From: an uncultured Eubacteriales bacterium
GTDB lineage: Bacteria; Bacillota; Clostridia; Oscillospirales; CAG-272
DNA: 64,000 nt
Assembly: GCA_934432725.1 (NCBI GenBank)
Contig: CAKRZE010000001.1
Location: 9,945-73,944, forward strand
Direction of reading: 5' to 3'
Shown here: positions 35,843-48,039 of the stretch, in pieces
Layout: every line of letters starts with the position of its first letter
Position numbering within the stretch: the stretch's first letter is position 1
Notes under the pieces: generated by a model
What the model was told of the DNA's origin: nothing
Database searches by the model: none
Seen by the model: only the letters and a program-made list of their open reading frames with translations
Made by a program: the position numbers and the translations under genes

Positions 35843-36991
35843 ATGAAACTCAGACGATATCGGTTCTTATGTGCGGTATTTGCCGTTTTGCTGCTCTGCG
35901 GAACTGTATGCTATGCAGAGGAGGAGCTTCCGTTTACCGTGGAAGCCAAGGCTGCCGTTCTGATGGAGGCGAACACGGGAAAAATATTGTATGCTTCCAA
36001 TATTGACGAGCCTCTTCCTCCTGCATCCGTGACGAAGATCATGACGCTGCTTTTGACTATGGAGGCGATAGACAGCGGGAAGATTTCGTGGGAGGATACC
36101 GTACAGGTCAGCGAGAACGCTGCTTCCATGGGAGGCTCTCAGGTCTTTTTGAAGCCGGGGGAGACAATGAGCGTGACGGACATGGTAAAGTCCGTTGTGA
36201 TTTCCTCGGCAAACGATGCGGCGGTCGCCTTATCCGAATTTGTTGCCGGAAGCGAGGAGACGTTTGTTTCCATGATGAACGCGCGCGCAGCCGAGCTTGG
36301 CATGGAGCATACCTCGTTTGAAAATCCGACCGGATTGGACGATACCGTAACCAATCATACGATCAGCGCGGAGGATATTGCGATCATGTCGCGCGAGCTT
36401 GTCGTGAAGCACCCGAAAATACTGGAATACAGCAGCATCTGGATGGATACCATCCGCGACGGCGCGTTCGGGCTGTCGAATACCAACCGCCTGATCCGGT
36501 TCTATCACGGAGCGAACGGACTGAAAACAGGCTCCACCTCCAAAGCCGGCTTTTGCATCAGCGCGACTGCCAAACGGGACGGCATGCAGCTGATTGCGGT
36601 TATTATGGGTTCGCCAAACCGCGATATCCGCAACGAAGCGGCAAAAAAGCTGCTTGATTACGGCTTCTCTACATATTCTTATGTTTGCTTTACAGAGGGA
36701 AATCTGGAGCCGGTCCATGTGCTCGGCGGCATCACGGACAGCTGCGGGCTCCGGTATGGGAAAGCGGATTTTGTTCTGCCGAAGGGAAGCGCATCGTCCG
36801 TGACGCAGAGTGTTACGGTTCCGGAACAGATATCCGCGCCGGTTCAAGCCGGAGATGTGATCGGCAGCATTTCCTATATGCTCAACGGAGAGGTTCTCGG
36901 AAGCGTGGAGGTGACGGCAGCGGAGGATGTGCCGAAAATCAGCTATCTTGGATTTTTCAAACGGATTCTGACCCGGTTTTTCCTGAACTGA
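35843..36991 (+). CDS. D-alanyl-D-alanine carboxypeptidase (serine-type, peptidase S11; DacB/DacF-like)
   Basis: From ORF 35681..36991. The signal peptide MKLRRYRFLCAVFAVLLLCG starts at ATG 35843; ATG 35831 is also possible. Motifs SVTKIM (SxxK), SSAND (SxN) and KTGST (KTG) are present, with a PBP5 C-terminal domain. Confidence 0.85.
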   Translation: MKLRRYRFLCAVFAVLLLCGTVCYAEEELPFTVEAKAAVLMEANTGKILYASNIDEPLPPASVTKIMTLLLTMEAIDSGKISWEDTVQVSENAASMGGSQVFLKPGETMSVTDMVKSVVISSANDAAVALSEFVAGSEETFVSMMNARAAELGMEHTSFENPTGLDDTVTNHTISAEDIAIMSRELVVKHPKILEYSSIWMDTIRDGAFGLSNTNRLIRFYHGANGLKTGSTSKAGFCISATAKRDGMQLIAVIMGSPNRDIRNEAAKKLLDYGFSTYSYVCFTEGNLEPVHVLGGITDSCGLRYGKADFVLPKGSASSVTQSVTVPEQISAPVQAGDVIGSISYMLNGEVLGSVEVTAAEDVPKISYLGFFKRILTRFFLN

Positions 36992-37253
36992 AAAACGGCT
37001 GTCTGCCAGGAAGCGTGCCGGGGGAAGCTGCGGCGGGAGAAGCCGTCTGTGCAATCGGTAAGCCTTCTTTGCCCCATGCCGCGGTAAGCCGGGTACAGAC
37101 TGTAGAAAGCCCCTCGGCGGCACAGACGACAGTGGCTGGAAATCCATTCCTGAAAAGATGCGCCGTATGCTGCTCTGCCGCCGGGCGCGCGGGGAAAAGC
37201 TTTCGGCTTCCGGCGTGCTTTGTGCTTGACAGGCTCTCTGTTTTATGCGATAA

Positions 37254-40394
<3,141 letters not shown>

Positions 40395-40462
40395 CCGGAG
40401 GGCTGTCGGTAAGCGTCTGCTTTGTCATCGGCTGAACCGATGTGCGAAGAAATCATAAGAAG

Positions 40463-40495
40463 GGGCTGTTAAAAACTCAAAGTTTTTAACAGCCC
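40463..40495. terminator. second copy of the GGGCTGTTAAAAAC...GTTTTTAACAGCCC palindromic element
   Basis: The 14-bp arms are identical to the element at 31894-31928, but the loop differs (tcaaa versus gagcg). It lies 69 nt after the lacZ stop. Confidence 0.65.
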
Positions 40496-40953
40496 TCAAA
40501 AATTCCGGGCGGATTTTTGCATTTCTGATGCGATCCTGGTCGTTTTTCCCCCGTGCCTTTGTTTTTTCGGATTTCTCCGCGGCAAAACGGCGGCACTTGA
40601 CCGCATGGATCAATGCCAAGGGGGGGTAACCCCCAAAAACGATCTTTTTACACTCCCTGCCGTTCTGTGACACGGGATTAAATTACAATCGTTCTTTCAT
40701 AAATATCCACCGGTTGATAGGATCATCTGTTTCGCTTTCATAGCAATGGAGATTGAGGGAATTGATCACATGGATTTGGCAATGCGCTTTTCCGGTGCGG
40801 AGCGTTATTGTATTGCGTTTATTATAATCCCCCCTATCGTATGGAACCCATTTCGCGTCGCTGCCAGTGGGTTTTTTATATTGATTCGCAGGATGCCGTT
40901 ATTGTTTTCAACTCCCAAAAATTCAACAAAGGAAGCATCAAATGATGAAAAGG

Positions 40954-40983
40954 AAACCTCCCGCACTTTCGCGCGGGAGGTTT
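40954..40983 (-). terminator. intrinsic terminator of the orphan low-GC gene
   Basis: AAACCTCCCGC-loop-GCGGGAGGTTT forms an 11-bp stem. On the minus strand it is followed by CCTTTTCATCATTT. Confidence 0.6.
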
Positions 40984-41019
40984 GTGTTTACAGGTCAATT
41001 TGGATGCAGCCCCGCATCA

Positions 41020-41433
41020 TCACAAATCATCCTCGTCTACAAGCCCCATCGAAGATTGCTCATCCAACATCGCTTTAAGATGCTTTCTATCTGTAATATT
41101 GTACTCCCAAATTTTCTCACTGCATATATAACATTTTTTCGGTTTATTATCAGAAATAATTTTGCCATCAGCAATTCTTACGCTATAACCGTCTATCAGC
41201 ACACCCGGGGTTATGTATTTTTGCAATATATGCGGAATGTCTTCCCGCGTAGATACAAAATGAAAGCGTATCTCCCATGTGTCGCCGACCTTATCAATGC
41301 TGCATTCCTTCGCGATGCCGTAATCCAAAATTCGTTTGTCCACCGTTTCAAGAGATAATCCGAAATGATATTCATTCACGACAACCAACGGTTTGTCATT
41401 GGGAGCAAAGTCAAAAAGATGGTCCATAGTCAT
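41020..41433 (-). CDS. hypothetical protein (orphan, low-GC, acidic C-terminal tail)
   Basis: From ORF 41020..41451. ATG 41431-41433 lies 9 nt after GAGGAAG. The protein is 137 aa: MTMDHLFDFAPNDKPLVVVNEYHFGL...LVDEDDL. It has no motif I recognise. Composition is markedly AT-rich compared with its neighbours. Confidence 0.55.
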   Translation of the reverse strand: MTMDHLFDFAPNDKPLVVVNEYHFGLSLETVDKRILDYGIAKECSIDKVGDTWEIRFHFVSTREDIPHILQKYITPGVLIDGYSVRIADGKIISDNKPKKCYICSEKIWEYNITDRKHLKAMLDEQSSMGLVDEDDL

Positions 41434-41552
41434 TGTGCAACGCTTCCTCAATCATACGATTTGTATTTTGGAACCAATCTTATTATATCAAGTAACAAGC
41501 ACTATGTAAAGCGATTGGTGATTTATTTTGTCAACCAACAGTTATCAGACAA

Positions 41553-41589
41553 CGGAAAATAAAACTCCCGCACGTCAGTGCGGGAGTTT
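41553..41589 (-). terminator. intrinsic terminator immediately after tRNA-Gln
   Basis: On the minus strand, AAAACTCCCGCAC-tgac-GTGCGGGAGTTTTATTTT forms a 9-bp GC stem with an A/T extension. Confidence 0.8.
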
Positions 41590-41667
41590 TGGCTGGGATG
41601 GCGCGGCTCGAACGCGCGTAATGCAGGAGTCAAAGTCCTGTGCCTTAACCAACTTGGCTACATCCCA
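41590..41667 (-). tRNA. tRNA-Gln (anticodon UUG), CCA encoded
   Basis: The minus-strand sequence is TGGGATGTAGCCAAGTTGGTTAAGGCACAGGACTTTGACTCCTGCATTACGCGCGTTCGAGCCGCGCCATCCCAGCCA. The acceptor stem is TGGGATG/CATCCCA and the anticodon stem is CAGGA/TCCTG. The anticodon loop is CTTTGAC and the T-loop is TTCGAGC. The U1-A72 start is typical of tRNA-Gln. Confidence 0.9.
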
Positions 41668-41679
41668 ATACACTTATTC

Positions 41680-41708
41680 AGTATACCATCTTTTTTCGGC
41701 TTTGTCAA
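41680..41708 (-). promoter_or_regulatory. sigma-A promoter of tRNA-Gln
   Basis: Minus strand reads TTGACA (41703-41708), 17 nt spacer, TATACT (41680-41685). It lies ~12 nt upstream of the mature 5' end. Confidence 0.7.
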
Positions 41709-41822
41709 GATGAATTTGCGTCTTGGCAACGGGACGTGTATTTCCAAGGCAAATGCAGCGGCGGCAAGGGTCCTGCATTGACAGTAAGAAATGAACAAAC
41801 GAAAAATATTTACAAAAACATT

Positions 41823-41851
41823 TTGACTATTGGGGGGTTCTATGATATAAT
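41823..41851 (+). promoter_or_regulatory. sigma-A promoter (extended -10) of the ruvCAB cluster
   Basis: TTGACT (41823-41828), 17 nt spacer, TGaTATAAT (-10 at 41846-41851). This gives a ~125 nt leader. Confidence 0.65.
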
Positions 41852-41981
41852 CAAATGATATCAGGCGCAGTATGCCTGCCTGCCGGATAAGAGCCGTCTC
41901 CGGACGGTTCTGACGGCAGCGGAGCGTGCGGCGGTACAACGAAATCGGCTTCGGTCCGCGACAGCCGGGAGGATTGGCAAT

Positions 41982-42482
41982 ATGATTATTCTTGGAATTG
42001 ATCCGGGTTTGGCGATTGTCGGATACGGCGTTGTGGAGTACCGGAGCAATCGATTCCGCACACTTGCTTACGGAGCCATAACCACGCCGGCACATACGCC
42101 GACGGAGGACCGTCTGGTGATGATTTATAAGGAGCTTGGCGAACTGATTGAGCTGTATCATCCGGATGATGTGGCGGTGGAGGAGCTTTTTTTCAACACC
42201 AATACCACGACCGGAATTGCCGTTGCAGAGGCGCGCGGTGTGATCATGCTTTGCGCCAGACAGCATCATCTGAATTTTTACGAATATACGCCGCTTCAGG
42301 TCAAGCAGGCTGTGGTAGGCTACGGAAGGGCGGAAAAAAAGCAGATCATCATGATGGTACAAACCATACTGAAATTGACGAAGGCACCGAGGCTGGACGA
42401 TACGGCGGATGCCTTGGCAATTGCGATATGTCATGCACATACGGGGGCTTCCCGGATCCGGGACTTTTATAACAGGGTGTAA
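41982..42482 (+). CDS. ruvC: crossover junction endodeoxyribonuclease RuvC
   Basis: MIILGIDPGLAIVGYGVV... has the catalytic D7. EELFFNTN, QVKQAVVGYGRAEKKQ and DAADALAIAICH are also present. Confidence 0.92.
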   Translation: MIILGIDPGLAIVGYGVVEYRSNRFRTLAYGAITTPAHTPTEDRLVMIYKELGELIELYHPDDVAVEELFFNTNTTTGIAVAEARGVIMLCARQHHLNFYEYTPLQVKQAVVGYGRAEKKQIIMMVQTILKLTKAPRLDDTADALAIAICHAHTGASRIRDFYNRV

Positions 42483-42622
42483 GACGGCAGTCTATCCGGC
42501 TGATTCGCCGCAGAGCGGCAGGGAGCGGCAGACAGGACGGAACAAAAAAGCGGGTGCCGTGCGTCTCAGCGTTTGCAGGAACGGATTTTACAGAGATCCT
42601 ATATGATAAAGGAGAGACTTCT

Positions 42623-43231
42623 ATGCTGTACTATATTTCCGGAGAGCTTGTTATGACCGATCAGAGCTTTGCCGTAATTGACGCAGGCGGAATCGGCTAT
42701 AAGCTGACGGTCACGGGCAATACGCTCGGAAAGCTTGCGGCGCAGACCGGCAAAAAGGCGAGACTTTATACGCATATGGCGGTGCGTGAGGACGCTGTTG
42801 AGCTTTATGGGTTTTATACAACAGAGGAGCTTCATGCATTCCGGCTTCTGATCTCCGTTTCGGGAGTCGGGGCGAAATCGGCGGTATCCGTTCTGTCTTT
42901 GATGACGCCCGAGCGCTTTGCGCTTGCCGTGACGACGGGCGACACGAAGGCAATTGCGAAAGCAAGCGGAATCGGGGCGAAAACCGCGGCGAGAATTGTT
43001 TTGGAGCTGAAGGATAAGGTTGCAAAGGAGATTTCCTGCGAGGATGCGGATCAGGCTCTGCCCGAGGAGCTGTCCGGGGGCGCAGGCGGAAAGCTTTCGG
43101 AGGCGCAGAATGCTCTGATGGTGCTGGGCTATACCCGTGCAGAGGCGCAGTATGCGCTGAAGGGGATCTCGCAGGATGCCGATCTGGAGGGCATGATCCG
43201 GGAAGCGCTGCGTAAGCTGATGAAGACCTGA
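42623..43231 (+). CDS. ruvA: Holliday junction branch migration protein RuvA
   Basis: From ORF 42554..43231, start moved to ATG 42623 after AAGGAGAG. MLYYISGEL..., LISVSGVGAKSA (HhH) and GIGAKTAARIVLELK are present. Confidence 0.9.
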   Translation: MLYYISGELVMTDQSFAVIDAGGIGYKLTVTGNTLGKLAAQTGKKARLYTHMAVREDAVELYGFYTTEELHAFRLLISVSGVGAKSAVSVLSLMTPERFALAVTTGDTKAIAKASGIGAKTAARIVLELKDKVAKEISCEDADQALPEELSGGAGGKLSEAQNALMVLGYTRAEAQYALKGISQDADLEGMIREALRKLMKT

Positions 43232-43247
43232 AAGGAACGTCTGATTC

Positions 43248-44354
43248 ATGGATGAAAAAGAATTTGATTTTGAAAACCGCATTGTCACTTCCTCTCTGAC
43301 CGAGGAGGACCGCGATGCGGAGCAGAGCCTTCGCCCGCGTTCTCTTGATGAATATGTGGGACAGCAGAAGGCAAAAGAAAATCTGAAAATATATATTGAT
43401 GCGGCAAAAATGCGGGGAGAAACGCTGGATCATATTCTTCTGTACGGTCCGCCCGGACTCGGAAAGACAACGCTTTCCGCGATTATCGCCAATGAAATGG
43501 GCGTGAATATCCGCGTCACCTCCGGTCCGGCGATCGAAAAGCCGGGCGATCTTGTGGCGCTTCTCACCAATCTGAACGAAAACGATATTCTGTTCATCGA
43601 TGAAATCCACCGCCTGCCGCGGACGGTTGAGGAGATTCTGTATCCGGCGATGGAGGATTATGTGGTTGATCTGATCGTCGGCAAGGGTCCGGCGGCAAGA
43701 AGCATTCCGCTTTCGCTGCCGAGGTTCACGCTGATCGGGGCTACCACCCGTGCCGGACAGCTTTCCACGCCGCTGCGGGACCGTTTCGGCGTCCTTTTGA
43801 AGCTGGAGCTGTATACAACAGAGGAGCTTACCGATATCGTAAGCCGCAGCGCCGGTATTCTGCACATTGGCATTGACGGGTACGGGGCGCGGGAAATTGC
43901 TTCCCGCTCGCGCGGAACCCCGCGGATTGCAAACCGGCTTTTGAAGCGGGTGCGGGATTTTGCGCAGGTTAAGGGCAACGGAATCATAGACCGCGACATT
44001 GCGGATTATGCGCTGAGCCGGCTGGAGATCGACCGGCTCGGACTGGATGCCGTTGACCGCAGGATGCTTGAGGTCATTATCCGCTTTTACGGCGGAGGTC
44101 CGGTCGGACTTGAAACTCTTGCGGCGACCGTCGGGGAGGAGAGCGTCACCTTAGAGGACGTCTATGAGCCCTATCTGATGCAGATCGGCTATTTGTCCCG
44201 CACGCCGCGGGGAAGATGCGCCACCAGACTCGCCTATGAGCATCTTGATATCCCGTATGAGGCCGGGAGCGCCGGAGCGGCAGCCGCGCAGAAGGCGGCG
44301 GGACAGCTGGACTTTTTCGGACGGGAAACGGATACGGAAGACAGTATATACTGA
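43248..44354 (+). CDS. ruvB: Holliday junction branch migration DNA helicase RuvB
   Basis: [12 protein letters not shown], Walker [10 protein letters not shown], Walker [10 protein letters not shown] and [15 protein letters not shown] are present. Confidence 0.95.
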   Translation: MDEKEFDFENRIVTSSLTEEDRDAEQSLRPRSLDEYVGQQKAKENLKIYIDAAKMRGETLDHILLYGPPGLGKTTLSAIIANEMGVNIRVTSGPAIEKPGDLVALLTNLNENDILFIDEIHRLPRTVEEILYPAMEDYVVDLIVGKGPAARSIPLSLPRFTLIGATTRAGQLSTPLRDRFGVLLKLELYTTEELTDIVSRSAGILHIGIDGYGAREIASRSRGTPRIANRLLKRVRDFAQVKGNGIIDRDIADYALSRLEIDRLGLDAVDRRMLEVIIRFYGGGPVGLETLAATVGEESVTLEDVYEPYLMQIGYLSRTPRGRCATRLAYEHLDIPYEAGSAGAAAAQKAAGQLDFFGRETDTEDSIY

Positions 44355-44786
44355 GAGAGTTTTGCAGGAATGACATGGCTTTATGCCGCAATCGCGCTTC
44401 TTTTGTCACCCGATGCGGCTTCTGCGTCTTGTCTCGGAGCTGTTCGGGAGAACCGCCGCCGACAGACTCCGCATCCGCCTGCGCGCCTTGCGCCGGTGAG
44501 GTGCCAAAGATCAAACAAAGCTGATGGCGGCAACCGCACATCTGTTTGTGCGCCCTGCGCCGGGGAGTCTGCTTTGCTGTTGGCGGTTTCCCCTTCGTGC
44601 AAAACGACACCGGGACCGGCAAGGCATTTTCGAAAGGCTCCGGAGCTTCCTGCGGAACGGGATAACGCTTCGGGCGCAGTCTGACAACTTGAAGCTGAGC
44701 AAAAAACAGACCCTGCGGCATGAAGCTGCACTCCGAAAAGGGAATGCACCGCCGCGGCTTGATCCGATACAGGAGAAAGGAAGAAT

Positions 44787-46163
44787 ATGGGCAGATTATT
44801 CGGAACGGACGGAATCCGCGGGGTTGCGGGCTCCGAGCTTACGGCAGAATGCGGATACAGATTGGGGCTTGCCGTTGCAGAGGTGCTGACGGAGGAAAAC
44901 GGGGGAAAGCCCCGTATTCTGATCGGCAAGGATACGCGGCATTCGGGCGACATGTTTGAGGCGGCGATCGCCGCGGGACTGTGCGCCATGGGGAGCGATG
45001 TGACCTTGCTCGGCGTTGTACCGACGCCTGCGGTTGCGTTCCTCGTCCGCGCCCTGCATGCCGATGCAGGCATTATGATATCGGCATCGCACAACCCGAG
45101 CGAATACAACGGGCTGAAGGTATTCAGCGGGGAAGGCTATAAGCTTTCCGATGCGCTGGAGGAGAAAATCGAAGCCATTATTCTCGGGGAAATTCAGGTG
45201 AAGCCGGTCAGCGGTGCGCGGATCGGCTGTGTGACGTTTGATGAAAGTGCTGCCGCTCTGTATGAAAAGCACGTGGTTTCCATTCTGAAAAGCGCAGACA
45301 GCCCCTTCTTACCGGAAAGACGCATTCTGTTTGACCTGTCCAACGGTTCGGCATCGCGCACGGCTCCTCTGATCTTTTCGAAATCCAATATGGGGGATTT
45401 TCGCTGCGACTTTGTTGCGGGAGAGCCGGACGGCTTTAATATCAACCGGGACTGCGGTTCGACGCACACCGACCGCCTTGCAGAGCTTGTGGCAAAGGGC
45501 GGCTATTCCATGGGAATCGCCTTTGACGGCGATGCCGACAGATGCCTTGCCGTTGATGAAAAGGGAAATCTGATCGACGGAGATATGATCATAGCCTCTG
45601 TTGCACTGGATATGCAAAGGAAGGGAACACTGCACCATGACACGGCGGTTGTGACAAAGCTGTCCAACCTCGGCTTCCATCTGTTTGCGGAGGAACACGG
45701 CATTCATGTCGCGGTGACGGATGTGGGAGACCGGTATGTGCTGGAGGAAATGCTCCGCTCCGGTGCGAACATCGGCGGCGAGCAGTCCGGACACATTATC
45801 ATGACCGATTATGCGACGACCGGAGACGGTGAGGTTACGGCGGCGGTCATGCTTTCGCTCCTTGCAGCCAACCCCGATCGGTCCGCATCGGAGCTGTTCG
45901 GCGCAATGAAAAGTCTGCCGCAGGTGTCGCGCAACGTTCATGTGGAAAACGCAATGAAAAAGCGCGTGATGGAGAACCCCAAGCTTCTTTCCAAGCGCGA
46001 TGCGATTGCGCAGACGCTCGGCTGCAAGGGACGGATTCTCCTGCGCCCCTCCGGAACCGAGGCACTGATCCGGATTATGCTGGAAGGAGAGGATATCGGT
46101 CAGATCCGCGCGATGGCAGAGGAGATGGCGGATATGATTGACGAGATATGTGGGCAGCAGTAA
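44787..46163 (+). CDS. glmM: phosphoglucosamine mutase
   Basis: MGRLFGTDGIRG, active-site SASHNP, FDGDADR and GGEQSGH are present. The RBS is GGAGAAAGGAAG. Confidence 0.95.
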   Translation: MGRLFGTDGIRGVAGSELTAECGYRLGLAVAEVLTEENGGKPRILIGKDTRHSGDMFEAAIAAGLCAMGSDVTLLGVVPTPAVAFLVRALHADAGIMISASHNPSEYNGLKVFSGEGYKLSDALEEKIEAIILGEIQVKPVSGARIGCVTFDESAAALYEKHVVSILKSADSPFLPERRILFDLSNGSASRTAPLIFSKSNMGDFRCDFVAGEPDGFNINRDCGSTHTDRLAELVAKGGYSMGIAFDGDADRCLAVDEKGNLIDGDMIIASVALDMQRKGTLHHDTAVVTKLSNLGFHLFAEEHGIHVAVTDVGDRYVLEEMLRSGANIGGEQSGHIIMTDYATTGDGEVTAAVMLSLLAANPDRSASELFGAMKSLPQVSRNVHVENAMKKRVMENPKLLSKRDAIAQTLGCKGRILLRPSGTEALIRIMLEGEDIGQIRAMAEEMADMIDEICGQQ

Positions 46164-47023
46164 ACTGGAAGGACTACACTCTGCTTGACTGCTCGGACGG
46201 AGAGCGCCTGGAGCAGTGGGGCAAATATACGCTGATCCGTCCGGATCCGCAGGTGATCTGGAAAAACGAAAAGAAGCATCCGCTCTGGGCGGGGGCAGAC
46301 GCGGTCTATCATCGCTCCCGTGCGGGGGGCGGCGGCTGGAGCAGCAAAAAGCTTCCGGAGATGTGGAAAATCGGCTATGAGCCGCTCGGACTGACCTTCG
46401 GGATCCGTGCCATGGGCTTTAAGCATACCGGTCTGTTTCCGGAGCAGGCGGTAAACTGGGATTGGTTTACCGGGCTGATCCGCCGCGCCTGTGCGGAGGG
46501 AAAGAAGCCGCGGGTTCTGAATTTGTTTGCATACACGGGCGGGGCTACTGTCGCATGTGCAAAGGCTGGCGCCGAGGTGTGCCATGTGGATGCTTCCCGC
46601 GGGATGGTTTCCTGCGCAAAGGAAAATGCGGCGTTTTGCGGGCTGGAACAGGCTCCGATCCGCTATATCGTAGACGACTGCAAAAAGTTTGTGGAGCGCG
46701 AAATCCGCCGCGGCAGCCGCTATGACGCGGTGATCATGGATCCGCCGTCCTACGGAAGAGGTCCGAACGGGGAAATGTGGAAGCTGGAGGAAAGCATCGA
46801 TGCGCTTGTCAAGCTGACGGCGGGCGTTTTGCGGAAGAATCCGCTGTTTTTCCTGATCAATTCCTATACGACCGGGCTTTCTCCGTCGGCTATGGGCTAT
46901 ATTCTGCAAAATGTCATGCTCGGCACTTTCGGCGGAAGCGTGACGGCAGACGAGATCGGACTGCCTGCCAGACAAACCGGATTTGTACTTCCGTGCGGCT
47001 CTTCCGCGCGCTGGCAGCAGTGA
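46148..47023 (+). CDS. class I SAM-dependent methyltransferase (RlmI/RlmK-like rRNA methyltransferase fold)
   Basis: The SAM-binding motif is VLNLFAYTGGATVACA and the catalytic motif is IMDPPSYG. The start overlaps the glmM stop by 16 nt. Confidence 0.7.
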   Translation: MWAAVNWKDYTLLDCSDGERLEQWGKYTLIRPDPQVIWKNEKKHPLWAGADAVYHRSRAGGGGWSSKKLPEMWKIGYEPLGLTFGIRAMGFKHTGLFPEQAVNWDWFTGLIRRACAEGKKPRVLNLFAYTGGATVACAKAGAEVCHVDASRGMVSCAKENAAFCGLEQAPIRYIVDDCKKFVEREIRRGSRYDAVIMDPPSYGRGPNGEMWKLEESIDALVKLTAGVLRKNPLFFLINSYTTGLSPSAMGYILQNVMLGTFGGSVTADEIGLPARQTGFVLPCGSSARWQQ

Positions 47024-47181
47024 AAAGCCGGAAGAAGCTTTTCTGTGCCCGCGGCGCGGCGGCTATGCCGTATTCAAACAGGCAGGGGACATCCGCAGCC
47101 TGATTGACCGGCAACGGAAGCCCGTGATTTCCACGAAATGAAAGGATACGTTTGCACCGAAAAGGGACAAACCGTACAGTT

Positions 47182-48039
47182 ATGAAGAATCAACCGTTTA
47201 TACAAATTGAAAATCTTTCTTTTTCCTACGGAGAAGGAGCGGAGCATGCAAATGTTCTGGAGGACATCAACCTTTCGATCGAGAAGGGATCGTTTGTCGC
47301 CGTGCTCGGTCACAACGGCTCCGGAAAATCGACGCTTGCCAAGCTGATCAATATGATTCTTGCTCCGACCTCCGGAAAAATTCTGATTGACGGGAGAGAT
47401 ATCACGTCATCCGATATGACGGAGGACGAAATGTTTGAGATCCGCCGTAAGGTCGGTATGGTATTTCAGAACCCGGACAATCAGCTTGTCGCTACGGTTG
47501 TGGAGGAGGACATTGCGTTCGGACCGGAAAATCTCGGCGTTGAGCCAAAGGAGATCCGGCGCCGGGTGGACGAGGCATTGCGGATTGTCCATATGAGCGC
47601 GTATGCCCGGCATTCGCCGCACCAGCTGTCCGGCGGACAGAAGCAGAGGGTTGCCATTGCGGGGATCATTGCAATGCTGCCGGAATGCATCATTTTCGAT
47701 GAATCGACCGCTATGCTTGATCCGAGCGGGAGAAAAGAAGTGATGGATACCATTGAAATGCTGAACCGGGATTTCGGCATCACGGTGCTCCATATTACGC
47801 ATAATATGGAGGAGGCTGTGCGTGCGCAGAGGGTGGTCGTGATCAATGACGGCAGGCTGTTCATGGACGGCACACCGCGGCAGGTATTCGGGCAGGTGGA
47901 AAAGCTCCAGCAGGTCGGGCTGGATGTTCCGCAGGTGACGGAGCTGTTTTATGAGCTGAACCGGGCAGGCTTCCGGCTGAGACGGGATATTCTTCAGGAA
48001 GAGGAAGGCGCAAGCGTGCTTGCAGGCATGATGAAATGA
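47182..48039 (+). CDS. ecfA1: energy-coupling factor transporter ATPase EcfA1
   Basis: From ORF 47152..48039, start moved to ATG 47182. Walker [23 protein letters not shown] and IFDESTAMLDP are present. The order ecfA-ecfA'-ecfT-truA matches the conserved Firmicute arrangement. Confidence 0.9.
   Translation: MKNQPFIQIENLSFSYGEGAEHANVLEDINLSIEKGSFVAVLGHNGSGKSTLAKLINMILAPTSGKILIDGRDITSSDMTEDEMFEIRRKVGMVFQNPDNQLVATVVEEDIAFGPENLGVEPKEIRRRVDEALRIVHMSAYARHSPHQLSGGQKQRVAIAGIIAMLPECIIFDESTAMLDPSGRKEVMDTIEMLNRDFGITVLHITHNMEEAVRAQRVVVINDGRLFMDGTPRQVFGQVEKLQQVGLDVPQVTELFYELNRAGFRLRRDILQEEEGASVLAGMMK

Noticed and set aside
40496-41019. Direct repeat of the tRNA-Gln 3' end (att site), or integrase remnants, at the far edge of the low-GC islet.
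   Set aside because: I could not find a copy of GGCTCGAACGCGCG or CATCCCA-type sequence, and there is no integrase-like ORF. An integrative origin therefore remains only an inference from composition.
40746-41358. Plus-strand ORFs 40746..41078 (110 aa) and 40942..41358 (138 aa) in the islet.
   Set aside because: They run through two terminator hairpins and overlap the better-supported minus-strand gene. They have no SD and implausible sequence.
44355-44786. glmS ribozyme or c-di-AMP riboswitch upstream of glmM.
   Set aside because: The glmS ribozyme belongs upstream of glmS, not glmM. I found neither its core (AGCGCC...GACGAGG) nor the ydaO pseudo-symmetric ACGGGG/CCCA pattern.
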